64,000 bases of DNA, from positions 1 through 64,000 of the IMG/VR virus record IMGVR_UViG_3300009790_000004; one strand, given 5' to 3'. The notes beneath the pieces are model-generated. The model was not told where the DNA came from and made no database searches. It saw nothing but the letters and a program-made list of their open reading frames with translations. This document shows positions 20,901-28,809 of this stretch, one piece after another (the stretch's first letter is position 1; the number at the start of each line of letters is the position of its first letter). The stretch is from a virus. The translations under genes and the position numbers were made by a program.

Positions 20901-22837
20901 GTGATGTTTCTGCTGCTACACATGGTAGAAAAGAATCTTTAACTCTATCTTACAATCCACCATACCCAATCAATACAAACTTACAGATCCTTACTGCAGA
21001 GGAAGATAGTTTGATCACGGTTCATGCTACGAACCAAAACCCTGACATTACTGCAGCGTTATCTGTTGGTATATCATCTGGAGGAGTATCAGAGTTTCTT
21101 GATTCAGATTATATTGTTTTTGGTCTTAGACTATCACCACTACAAGATTTACAGTTTGATAACATCGCTCTTTCTAATGGACAGAGTTTGATTGTTCGTG
21201 GTTCTAAACCAAACTTAACCTTTGTTGCTCACTCTATTCCACAGGATCCAGGACCATCTGGTATTGGATCTAATCTTAATGTCAACACCAGTGGTATCAT
21301 TACTGCATCCGCATTTGCTGGTGATGGATCAGGATTGACTGGCGTTACTGCTGTTGGATCTGGTGTTAATGTTGAGGAAGATGGTACTGTAGTTGGTACT
21401 GCTGCTACAATTAACTTTGGAACTAACATTACTGCGACTGTTACTGATGGTGTTGCACTAATAGAGGCAGCAGATACAGTAGGTGTTGCTCAAACTGCAA
21501 ACAGTCTTGCTGATGGAGTTAGCGTTTCTTTTGCTACTAATGCAGATTACGCTGCTGTTGCTGGACTTGCTACAGTTGCTACCACTGCTACCACTGCTAA
21601 CTCTGCATTAAGTGCTACTACTGCTGGTACAGCAAGTCAAGTGGATTCGGCAGCAACAATCAATGTTACTAATAATATAACAGCACCGAAATTCATTGGT
21701 GATGGTTCATTACTGACTAACATTGTTGCTGCTGGTGGTGGTGTTATTGTTCAGGACAGTGGATCTGCTGTTGGTACTGCAGGAACAATCAACTTTGATG
21801 CTGGTATTGATGTATCACCTATCTCTGCTGGTATTGTTACTGCTACTATCCTTGAAGCACCTCGTGCTGCTCTTGCTGGTATCGCATCTGAAGCAATCGT
21901 TGCTGGTATTGCAACCTATGCTACTCTTGCTGGTCTTGCATCACAGGCAACCAATGCTACCTTTGCAAGCAATTCTAGTTACTCAACACTAACTGGTGCA
22001 GCAGACACTGCTAAGAATCTTTATACTTCACACGAAAATCCATACAAACCATTACCTGTTACTATCGGTACTAAGACCACAGAACATAGGTACATTGGTA
22101 TCAACTCTGCTTTATGTGTAAACATTCAAGGTTATGAGTCTCCTTACTTAAGATTTGAAGTAGGTCAGACTTATAGGTTTGAGAATGCATCACAGCAAGC
22201 AAACTATCCAATCAGAATGTACTACCATCATTCTGGTGTTACATCAGTTGGTATTGGTACTACCAATCCAAGTGAGATGACTCAGGGTGTTACTTATACT
22301 GGTTCGTACACTGAGGTAGAAGTTACTGAGGAGACTCCAGAGTTATTCTGGTATGGTGCTGGTGTTGGTACAGAAAAAGGATCTATGGGTAACTCTGTTC
22401 AGGTATTTAATCCTGAGATGCAGAGAGTTGCTAAGGTTGGTGAGTTTAAGAGCACTGCAGGACTTAAGACTTGTACTTATACACAATTCTATGAGGGTCG
22501 TGCTACTTCTTGGTACTTGAATACAAATCTAGGTGTTGGTAACAGTGACTATGCTCCTGGAGATCGCTCACATAATGTTAGTTCCATTGAGCAACAAGCT
22601 ACTGGTGTTTACACTGTAAACTTTGCTGATCCGATGGCAGATACTAATTATGCAGTCATAGGAATTGCATCTGGTACTAATGCATATCCAGGTGGTATTG
22701 TTAATTTAAGAATCAGTGACAGAACGGTTAACAATTTCACGCTTAGGGTGTATAATGGAATACCAGCGTTAGAGGACTTAGGTGAACTTGACATTTGTAC
22801 ATTCGGTGGACAAGACGGAGAAGAGACCTACATATAA
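17912..22837 (+). CDS. Virion structural protein with N-terminal subtilisin-like (S8) protease, FN3-like repeats and fibre C-terminus
   Basis: Triad motifs VIHDSG, HGTGCAG and FSGTSAAAPVVAG, plus SAAGN. Two SGTLKAVEF...RHVSNADG repeats. Late-promoter-like CTAAATA at 17876-17882. Confidence 0.88.
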   Translation: MALKRYTLSVSSPEYWDKIHGALTVDSNEDGIPDRKITCTDSKSTSATRGTYELDETEAAEIAKHPHVKWIELSLKDNPDSFPKPEPTMPQRWASDVKAYRDLSSPNGPPTSSPTSAELNRTNWAIPRVGVATAGQVWGTDVGSLASIGINTDYTYDGRNVDIVIHDSGVLASHPEFLDENGVSRVKDIVLDAPYLIDPDWFNTYGYVYTKGDGSTGINTTNAISWWEDNNARSTAKALLPTINIPANYTADRAVGVGTTGSNNLASGHGTGCAGMAAGKNFGLAFKATIWNMPAISDNVGMDIETSYDIMKFFHQYKPIDPILGIKRPTVVNGSWGYQAALPASGSASWQFKNNTGTIGLPINSSSDPVDVSDMIYGFNNQVIGAWRSWTSSARNNAVDTAGAELIAAGVIYVSAAGNNNQRIGTGLTDTHRLDSVSDNYFNSQDSRTEFGGVRTPCGSRDWMNPSGIGFNETTQYHPVINVGALDDFIESNGKERKATYSNSGPGIDIYAPADETLSAGMHNITAYRDFPRYDNSGFFDCAFSGTSAAAPVVAGLMALYAQRNPGTGVTEAKNWVTGFTTDGTPPTLRGQSGSTITGNDVLFDQYSDIDEANFWTGQFNQKTADGNGTVLVSFIDVGSGISTDLAGVNEPSLTAPANNATGVSTEGLVLASSAYTAIGDTTVSGTLKAVEFQLSRDVNFSTIDWQSTPNNVAISQTTTGQLLGFTTYYGRVRHVSNADGQAFTGYYSTYSAGIVSFATLGNAPGVQTPYIIAPTNASTVGQRFGIVLTSSTYIAIDGEAVSGTLKAVEFEVSTDQTFVDAAQVVYTTVGANGTPNLTQTINIGLAAATTFYVRLRHVSNADGSEGQSFTSPWSVVTSFETPDPFQARVGRLASVKTTLTQGVVEPTLLFESEDLLEVSISVANQNDFESTFSIGISSTPGFKPSDYIAYGINLTRGGTRLIEKVGIKPGDKIFVSSFDPNISFLTFATKIYDKISDVSAATHGRKESLTLSYNPPYPINTNLQILTAEEDSLITVHATNQNPDITAALSVGISSGGVSEFLDSDYIVFGLRLSPLQDLQFDNIALSNGQSLIVRGSKPNLTFVAHSIPQDPGPSGIGSNLNVNTSGIITASAFAGDGSGLTGVTAVGSGVNVEEDGTVVGTAATINFGTNITATVTDGVALIEAADTVGVAQTANSLADGVSVSFATNADYAAVAGLATVATTATTANSALSATTAGTASQVDSAATINVTNNITAPKFIGDGSLLTNIVAAGGGVIVQDSGSAVGTAGTINFDAGIDVSPISAGIVTATILEAPRAALAGIASEAIVAGIATYATLAGLASQATNATFASNSSYSTLTGAADTAKNLYTSHENPYKPLPVTIGTKTTEHRYIGINSALCVNIQGYESPYLRFEVGQTYRFENASQQANYPIRMYYHHSGVTSVGIGTTNPSEMTQGVTYTGSYTEVEVTEETPELFWYGAGVGTEKGSMGNSVQVFNPEMQRVAKVGEFKSTAGLKTCTYTQFYEGRATSWYLNTNLGVGNSDYAPGDRSHNVSSIEQQATGVYTVNFADPMADTNYAVIGIASGTNAYPGGIVNLRISDRTVNNFTLRVYNGIPALEDLGELDICTFGGQDGEETYI

Positions 22838-22852
22838 TACTAATAATTTATT

Positions 22853-23407
22853 ATGAACCAAGTAAATATAGCACAAGTAGATGCTCAGCTCCCTGTCTTC
22901 GAGACAAGTTGGACTGAGCATCTTGCTGAACATAAACAATTCATCTTAGATCATAAGAAAGAATTTGCAGAGACTACAAAGGATAATAATGTAGGTGCTA
23001 CATGGAGATCTAATTGGAACATTCATCATACTGATCCAAGGTTCTCTGATATTCAAGCATACTTTGAGAAGTTTGTTAAAGAAATAAGTTCGCAGTATTG
23101 GCACACTAAAGGACAATTTGATTGTGTTAATATGTGGGCTATGACATATGGACCTAATGAAGGTACAAAATATCACAATCATTTTCCATCGTCTATGGCA
23201 GTGATTTATTATGTTGATGTTCAGGAAGACTCAGCACCTATTTGTATAGGGCAGACATGTAGACCAGTAGAGAATGGATTAGTTATAGCATTTCCAGCAG
23301 CACTAGATCATTTTGTTCCTGATGATTATAAAGGAGAGAGATTTGTAATAGCTGCAAACCTTGACCATGTTCCAGAACAAATAAGGGGAATATGGAAAGC
23401 AGTATAA
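22853..23407 (+). CDS. Putative 2OG-Fe(II) oxygenase
   Basis: WAMTY..HNHF...IYY, FPAALDH and RFVIAAN. Confidence 0.8.
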   Translation: MNQVNIAQVDAQLPVFETSWTEHLAEHKQFILDHKKEFAETTKDNNVGATWRSNWNIHHTDPRFSDIQAYFEKFVKEISSQYWHTKGQFDCVNMWAMTYGPNEGTKYHNHFPSSMAVIYYVDVQEDSAPICIGQTCRPVENGLVIAFPAALDHFVPDDYKGERFVIAANLDHVPEQIRGIWKAV

Positions 23408-23433
23408 ATTATATTTTAAGGGTAGTTTAAAAT

Positions 23434-23691
23434 ATGTCCTTCATAGTTTACTCAATGGACGGATGTAAGCACTGCGAACTCGTCAAAGATTTAATGGTGC
23501 TTGCTAATCAAACCCATGTCATCTATACTTTAGATCAACATTTTACTATTGAAGAATTTGAGGCTACTTTTAACACTAAGTACTTCCCACAAGTTGTGGA
23601 TCAATCTCATGAGCACAAACATATTGGAGGTGCTAAAGAAACAGTAAGATACTTTAAGGAGAATAACCTTGTCCCAAGTCCCACTAAATAA
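23434..23691 (+). CDS. Glutaredoxin
   Basis: CKHC active site, FPQV and HIGG. Confidence 0.9.
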   Translation: MSFIVYSMDGCKHCELVKDLMVLANQTHVIYTLDQHFTIEEFEATFNTKYFPQVVDQSHEHKHIGGAKETVRYFKENNLVPSPTK

Positions 23692-23852
23692 AGGCGTACA
23701 GATTATGCTTGGCGGAGGCAAGAAAGCACCCGATAAACCTAAAAGTTTTCAGGTGAAGTTCGGTAACATGCTTCGCTTTTTTAAAAGAGAGTTGCATTTG
23801 TACTTTGAATTCTCCCTGGACATCAAAAAAGATACCACTGAGGATTAGTAAG

Positions 23853-24086
23853 ATGGCTGGACTAGAAGCATACTTGTTTGTTGTTGCTTTTCTCATTATA
23901 GGTTCCCTTATTCTAGGTTCTATGATAGGATGGGTACTAAGAGAATACATGATGTATAATCATGACAGACAGTATCAGCAACCTATGCATCCTGAGATGT
24001 ACGATGAGCATGGCAATGTAATTGCTGACTCACTTATCGCATTCAAGTTTGATCCAAATCTAACTGATGACGATGATGAAGACTAA
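23853..24086 (+). CDS. Hypothetical membrane protein
   Basis: Likely ATG at 23853; N-terminal TM helix, HPEMYDEHGN and acidic tail. Confidence 0.7.
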   Translation: MAGLEAYLFVVAFLIIGSLILGSMIGWVLREYMMYNHDRQYQQPMHPEMYDEHGNVIADSLIAFKFDPNLTDDDDED

Positions 24087-24102
24087 CTAACTGAAAAACA
24101 TT

Positions 24103-24555
24103 ATGGCAAAACTACCACCACATCCTTTACAATCTGAAATTCTACAAGCAGTATCTAGTGCTAAGACAAAGAAAGAGAAGATTGAACTACTTCAAACTCA
24201 TAGATCACCAGCATTAGTATCTCTGTTTGTTTGGAATTTTGATGAGAGCATTGAAAGTGCTATTCCAGAGGGTGAAGTACCTTTCACTCCCAACGACTCA
24301 CCTACTGTAGATAGTCAGAGTAAACTTGCTAGTCAGTACAGAACTCTTTACAATTATGTTAAGGGTGGTAATGATGGTCTAAAGAGGACTAGGAGAGAAT
24401 CTTTATTCATTGAATTATTAGAGTCATTGCATCCTGATGAGGCAGAGATTGTTTGTCTCGTTAAAGATAAGAATCTTAAAAAGAAATATAGGATAACTCA
24501 TAATGTCATCAAGGAAGCATATCCTGATGTTGAATGGGGTAATCGTGTTAAATGA
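24103..24555 (+). CDS. Conserved T4-like cyanophage hypothetical protein (DUF6433-like)
   Basis: IPEGEVPF, RRESLFIELLESLHPDEAE. Confidence 0.75.
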   Translation: MAKLPPHPLQSEILQAVSSAKTKKEKIELLQTHRSPALVSLFVWNFDESIESAIPEGEVPFTPNDSPTVDSQSKLASQYRTLYNYVKGGNDGLKRTRRESLFIELLESLHPDEAEIVCLVKDKNLKKKYRITHNVIKEAYPDVEWGNRVK

Positions 24556-25319
24556 CAAAAATCTTAGTTACTGGTCATAAGGGATTCATAGGCAGTTATG
24601 TCTTCAATCATCTTAGACATGATGCAGGTTATGGTTACTTAGTTGATGGTATGGATTTCCCCGATGATGTCGGGGATTTTCAGTCTGAGATCAGCATGTT
24701 TGATAAACCATACGATTATGTCATACATCTTGCAGCATTTGCTGCTATTAGAGAGAGTGTAGATAATCCAGAGAAATTTTGGGAGAATAATGTAGAGAAA
24801 TCTAAACCTATCTTTGATTATTGTAAGAGATATAATGTCAGACTACTCTATGCTAGTTCAGCACAGGTAGAAGAGTGGTGGCAGAATCCTTATGGTATTA
24901 CCAAGAAGGTTAATGAACTACAAGCACCACCCAACAGTGTAGGGATGAGGTTCCAGACTGTGTATGGTGAAGATAGCAGACCTGATATGTTATACAGGAT
25001 GCTACAAGACAAGACTGCTAAGTATATTACTAATCATAAGAGAGATTGGATCCATGTTAAGGATGTTGCTAGAGCAATCTGTTACCTAATGTCTAGTACT
25101 TACACTGGACACATTGATATTGGAACAGGTGAGACCACAACAGTTAGAGAATTAGCAGAAGCATTTGGTCAGGCAAATCTACCAGTTAAGGAACATACAC
25201 CAGGTGAGAGAGATGTCACATGTGCTGACACTACTGCCTTGCGTGAGCTTGGTTGGTTTCCAAGGGAAAAAGTTTTAGATTCTGTTCCTGAGGGAAAATC
25301 GAATTCTCGTTTCAGATAA
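24552..25319 (+). CDS. NAD-dependent nucleotide-sugar epimerase/dehydratase
   Basis: ILVTGHKGFIG, IHLAA, YASSA, PYGITK (YxxxK) and RDWIHV. Confidence 0.92.
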   Translation: MTKILVTGHKGFIGSYVFNHLRHDAGYGYLVDGMDFPDDVGDFQSEISMFDKPYDYVIHLAAFAAIRESVDNPEKFWENNVEKSKPIFDYCKRYNVRLLYASSAQVEEWWQNPYGITKKVNELQAPPNSVGMRFQTVYGEDSRPDMLYRMLQDKTAKYITNHKRDWIHVKDVARAICYLMSSTYTGHIDIGTGETTTVRELAEAFGQANLPVKEHTPGERDVTCADTTALRELGWFPREKVLDSVPEGKSNSRFR

Positions 25320-25367
25320 TCGGGAAAAAAAACTCCGCAATTTTTTTGAGCCACAGGATTTACTATG
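25320..25367 (+). repeat. Dispersed A/T-tract leader motif, copy 2
   Basis: TCGGGAA-A6-CTCCGC-AATTTTTTTG-N6-AGGATTT-AC-TATG; matches the copy at 11342. Confidence 0.7.
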
Positions 25368-25535
25368 CTTTCAACAACACAGAGAATGCGTCTTATAGAC
25401 ATTTGCGTTGAAATCGTAAATGGTCGTGATGTCCCATTGTCAGATATGATCTGGGCAGAAAAACTTGCTAAAAACAACAAACATGCATATCATATTCTCA
25501 AAGAATCTAGGGACAATATGATTAAGGAAATGTGA
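25365..25535 (+). CDS. Small hypothetical protein (56 aa)
   Basis: Hand-translated MLSTTQRMRLIDICVEIVNGRDVPLSDMIWAEKLAKNN...*, with an AGGA Shine-Dalgarno. Confidence 0.7.
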   Translation: MLSTTQRMRLIDICVEIVNGRDVPLSDMIWAEKLAKNNKHAYHILKESRDNMIKEM

Positions 25536-25539
25536 GAAC

Positions 25540-25568
25540 TTGACTATATACTATGGGTGTGTTATCAT
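25540..25568 (+). promoter_or_regulatory. Sigma70-type promoter for the riboswitch transcript
   Basis: TTGACT-N17-TATCAT, ending about 10 nt before aptamer 1. Confidence 0.8.
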
Positions 25569-25578
25569 TAGCACACAG

Positions 25579-25617
25579 CGTTCAACCCATTAGGGTCGCA
25601 AGTAAGTCACGGAACGG
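25579..25617 (+). ncRNA. Glutamine-II (Downstream-peptide) riboswitch aptamer 1
   Basis: CGTTCA-ACCC-ATTA-GGGT-CGCA-AGTAAGTCAC-GGAACGG matches the CGUUCA/P2/CGCA/GGAACGG core; upstream of a DUF4278-type gene. Confidence 0.85.
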
Positions 25618-25619
25618 AG

Positions 25620-25825
25620 CGTTCATCCCAAATTATGTTTCACTTAGCAGTTATTGCTAGTACTTTAACTTGTACCGAAGCACAGCAACTTCTTGATGCT
25701 ATGAAGGAGTATAAGATTGAAGAAGAAACACGAACTGAAATGATTCAGATCGTGAAAGAAGAAACACCAAATTGTTGGGACGCACATGACTGAAGGAACG
25801 GGGCCTAAAAATCCAACTACTTCAG
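25620..25825 (+). ncRNA. Glutamine-II riboswitch aptamer 2, split by an ORF-containing P2 loop
   Basis: CGTTCA-TCCCAA(25626-31)...TTGGGA(25775-80)-CGCA-CATGACTGAA-GGAACGG. CTGAA is complementary to TTCAG at 25821-25. Confidence 0.75.
25635..25793 (+). CDS. 52-aa peptide encoded inside riboswitch aptamer 2
   Basis: Hand-translated MFHLAVIASTLTCTEAQQLLDAMKEYKIEEETRTEMIQIVKEETPNCWDAHD*. Confidence 0.65.
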   Translation: MFHLAVIASTLTCTEAQQLLDAMKEYKIEEETRTEMIQIVKEETPNCWDAHD

Positions 25826-25834
25826 GAGTAAAAC

Positions 25835-25978
25835 ATGGCACAAGTTACTTATCGGGGAGTCTCCTATGACTCTGCAGACTATCGCAAGATGGTTCTCGAC
25901 GAGGCACAACATAACCGTAATCACGATCTAATGTATCGTGGTATTAAGGTTAAAAGCAAGGCAATTCCTTGCAGTTGA
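25835..25978 (+). CDS. DUF4278-type small protein (47 aa)
   Basis: MAQVTYRGVSYD...LMYRGIKV with two YRG motifs; AGGAG Shine-Dalgarno; this is the usual gene downstream of glutamine-II riboswitches. Confidence 0.88.
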   Translation: MAQVTYRGVSYDSADYRKMVLDEAQHNRNHDLMYRGIKVKSKAIPCS

Positions 25979-26002
25979 TATAACCCGTCTTACAAGTTGA
26001 TG

Positions 26003-26029
26003 AAGGAGGGGGTAAAACCCCTCTTTTTT
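26003..26029 (+). terminator. Rho-independent terminator
   Basis: GAGGGG-GTAAAA-CCCCTC followed by T6. Confidence 0.85.
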
Positions 26030-26048
26030 ATAAATTATGTTAAAAGCT

Positions 26049-26213
26049 ATGGATCGCCAAGTTTTAAAAGGCATGGTTTTAATGCTGAAACAAGTGGTAA
26101 ATGAATTGGAAGCAGAAGTTTTCTCAGATAAAGAAGCATATGTTCCAAAACAACCAACAGCAATAAAGCAAGATTATGAACTCTATGATGATGACGATGG
26201 ATATGCAGATTAG
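26049..26213 (+). CDS. Small hypothetical protein (54 aa)
   Basis: Hand-translated MDRQVLKGMVLMLKQVVNELEAEVFSD...YDDDDGYAD*. Confidence 0.7.
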   Translation: MDRQVLKGMVLMLKQVVNELEAEVFSDKEAYVPKQPTAIKQDYELYDDDDGYAD

Positions 26214-26356
26214 GGAATATACTCTAAAAATCTTATTAAAGAATTTTGGTAGTACACATACAAATCGTGCTATTTACGAATGTGCTGATGACTGGTGTTC
26301 CAAACAGGTAACCACAAACGGATTAGTATCGTATTTTAAAGCGTACTACGGAAAAT

Positions 26357-26629
26357 ATGAAAGACAAGAAGGCAGCAAAGAAAATTATCAAGATAGCAAA
26401 ACAACATCCGAATCTGTATAGTCAATCTGATGTAGAGTATGCTAAAATGATGAAAAAGCGATTGAAGTATGCCAAAAAACAAAAGCGTAAAACTCATTCA
26501 GACGACCCCAGAAGCAGAGAAGATGATGGGGTACATTGCGAGAGTAAGCAATCCGAAGAATCAGGACAATCCAGAAGTAGCTGGTTTACTAAAATATTGC
26601 ATAAAGCACGGTCATTGGTCAGTTTTTGA
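26357..26629 (+). CDS. Basic hypothetical protein overlapping thyX
   Basis: MKDKKAAKKIIKIAKQHPNLYSQSDVEYAKMMK N-terminus; 3' half overlaps thyX. Confidence 0.5.
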   Translation: MKDKKAAKKIIKIAKQHPNLYSQSDVEYAKMMKKRLKYAKKQKRKTHSDDPRSREDDGVHCESKQSEESGQSRSSWFTKILHKARSLVSF

Positions 26630-27113
26630 GCAAGCATATATGACGGTAGAGATCGAGACCACTAGAGGTCTTGCTGCTCAGATATTGCGTCATAGATCAT
26701 TCACTTTTCAAGAGTTTAGTCAGAGATATGCTAATACGAATGATTTGGGAGATATTCCTCTTCCAGAACTTCGTCGTCAGGATCTTAAGAATCGTCAGAA
26801 TTCAATTGATGATATTCCTGAGAAAACTCAAAAAGATCTTGAACTTAATATTAAAAAGCATTTTTATGCAGCAAAAGATTTATATAACGAATTAATTCGT
26901 CAAGGAATCGCCAAGGAGTGTGCTCGTTTTGTTCTACCCTTAGCAACCCCTACGAAACTCTATATGACTGGTTCCTGTCGCTCCTGGGTGCATTATATCG
27001 AACTTAGAAGTGGACATGGCACTCAAAAGGAGCATATGGATATTGCAAATGGGTGTAAAGAGGTATTTTCTCAAGAATTTCCTATCGTTTCTGAAGCATT
27101 AGGTTGGTCATGA
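26469..27113 (+). CDS. thyX: Flavin-dependent thymidylate synthase
   Basis: HWSVFE, the RHRSFTFQEFSQRY ThyX motif and ECARFVLP. Confidence 0.97.
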   Translation: MPKNKSVKLIQTTPEAEKMMGYIARVSNPKNQDNPEVAGLLKYCIKHGHWSVFEQAYMTVEIETTRGLAAQILRHRSFTFQEFSQRYANTNDLGDIPLPELRRQDLKNRQNSIDDIPEKTQKDLELNIKKHFYAAKDLYNELIRQGIAKECARFVLPLATPTKLYMTGSCRSWVHYIELRSGHGTQKEHMDIANGCKEVFSQEFPIVSEALGWS

Positions 27114-27766
27114 CGAGAGGAATTCGTTTTGTTAGTGAACCTCCAGAAACGGTCTTTGCACCAGTATGGGATTATAGTATTGCAATAAAATCAACTAATA
27201 TTAATACAGAGGATCTTGCTAAGATTATCTTAGAAAAAGAGAAAGAAATTAAAGAAAAGTATCCAAATGATTGGGAGAATTATGATGATGGAGATACTGG
27301 ATTAGGTGCAGACAGTTTAACTGCTAGATTTAAACATTTTAATGTGCTAAAATGGCAGGAAATTCCAATAGTAGAATTACATCAAGAAATTCGTGTTTTT
27401 CATGATGAATATTTTGCACAGGTAATTGGTTCTGAACCACCACCATTAAAAGTAAGATGTTGGGCAAATGTAATGCGTAAAGGTCAACAGATCAAAAAGC
27501 ATGCACATGCAACTCATCCACATACATATCTTGGTGGACACTTTTGTGTAACTGCTGATAACACTTCAACTGCTTATATGCATCCATATAATCATGAAGA
27601 TTATCTTGTAGAGAATAAACCTGGAGAACTTACATTGTTCCCTAATTATTTGTCGCATTATACAACTGTTCACGAATCAGATAATCCTAGAATCAGTATT
27701 GCATTTGATCTAGTAACTTATGAGAACTTGACTCATGTTGATGATGACAATCTTGTCAAACTCTAA
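27104..27766 (+). CDS. Putative 2OG-Fe(II) oxygenase (TIGR02466-like)
   Basis: WANV..HAH, FPNYLSH and RISIAFD. Confidence 0.8.
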   Translation: MVMTRGIRFVSEPPETVFAPVWDYSIAIKSTNINTEDLAKIILEKEKEIKEKYPNDWENYDDGDTGLGADSLTARFKHFNVLKWQEIPIVELHQEIRVFHDEYFAQVIGSEPPPLKVRCWANVMRKGQQIKKHAHATHPHTYLGGHFCVTADNTSTAYMHPYNHEDYLVENKPGELTLFPNYLSHYTTVHESDNPRISIAFDLVTYENLTHVDDDNLVKL

Positions 27767-27788
27767 ATAACTACCCTTATAAACTTTT

Positions 27789-28043
27789 ATGGCTACCTAT
27801 CCTGTTGTTAACAAAGAGACTGGCGAACAAAAAGAAGTTGTGATGAGTGTTCATGACTGGACTAAATGGACAGAAGATAATCCAGACTGGCAAAGAGACT
27901 ATTCTGATCCATCAACAATGCCTGGTGTAGGAGAAGTCGGTGAGTGGAAAGATAAACTCAGGAAGAATAAACCTGGTTGGAATGAGATCTTAGGAAGAGC
28001 TCAAAAAACAGGTCAAAATCGCCAAAAACTAACACTCGATTGA
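27789..28043 (+). CDS. Conserved cyanophage hypothetical protein
   Basis: MATYPVVNKETGEQKEV...WNEIL, immediately upstream of phoH. Confidence 0.75.
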   Translation: MATYPVVNKETGEQKEVVMSVHDWTKWTEDNPDWQRDYSDPSTMPGVGEVGEWKDKLRKNKPGWNEILGRAQKTGQNRQKLTLD

Positions 28044-28044
28044 T

Positions 28045-28809
28045 ATGCCAGTAAAAAGAACTCGTAAGAAAAAGACAGGAGATGCAGTCGGTGCTGGTTT
28101 GACTGCAAAACAGATGAGAAGGAAAAAACCTATCAATAATGATTTTTTGGTAGATATTAAACCTCTAACTCCTAATCAAGAAACACTTTTCAATGATTAT
28201 GCTAGAGGTAAGAATATTTTTACATATGGTGCAGCAGGAACTGGTAAAACCTTTATTGTTCTTTACAATGCAATTAAGGATGTTTTAAGCGAAATTACAC
28301 CATATACCAAAGTTTATATTGTTCGTAGTCTTGTTGCTACTAGGGAAATAGGATTTCTTCCTGGTGATCATGAAGATAAGTCGTTCCTTTATCAGATTCC
28401 TTATAAGAATATGGTAAAGTATATGTTTGAGATGCCTACAGATACAGATTTTGAAATGCTGTATGGAAATCTTAAACAACAAGAGACTATTTCTTTCTGG
28501 TCTACTTCATTCCTTAGAGGAACTACCTTTGATGATGCTATTATAATCATCGATGAGTGCCAAAACTTGAATTTTCACGAATTAGATAGTATAATAACAA
28601 GAGTTGGTGAAAATTGCAGAATTCATTTCTGTGGTGATGCCAATCAAACTGATCTGATTAAGCAGAATGAAAAAAATGGAATCCTTGATTTCATGAAAAT
28701 TCTCGAACAGATGGAATCCTTCTCTATGATCGAATTTGATGTTGATGACATTGTTCGTTCTGGTCTGTGTAAGGAGTATTTGAAGACTAAATTAGCACTT
28801 GGTATGTAA
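28045..28809 (+). CDS. phoH: PhoH-family ATPase
   Basis: GAAGTGKT, IGFLPG, FLRGTTF, IIDECQN, GDANQTD and IVRSG. Confidence 0.97.
   Translation: MPVKRTRKKKTGDAVGAGLTAKQMRRKKPINNDFLVDIKPLTPNQETLFNDYARGKNIFTYGAAGTGKTFIVLYNAIKDVLSEITPYTKVYIVRSLVATREIGFLPGDHEDKSFLYQIPYKNMVKYMFEMPTDTDFEMLYGNLKQQETISFWSTSFLRGTTFDDAIIIIDECQNLNFHELDSIITRVGENCRIHFCGDANQTDLIKQNEKNGILDFMKILEQMESFSMIEFDVDDIVRSGLCKEYLKTKLALGM

Noticed and set aside
26176-26421. 81-aa ORF overlapping both neighbours
   Set aside because: Possibly a real small gene from a later ATG, but its start and extent cannot be fixed from sequence alone.
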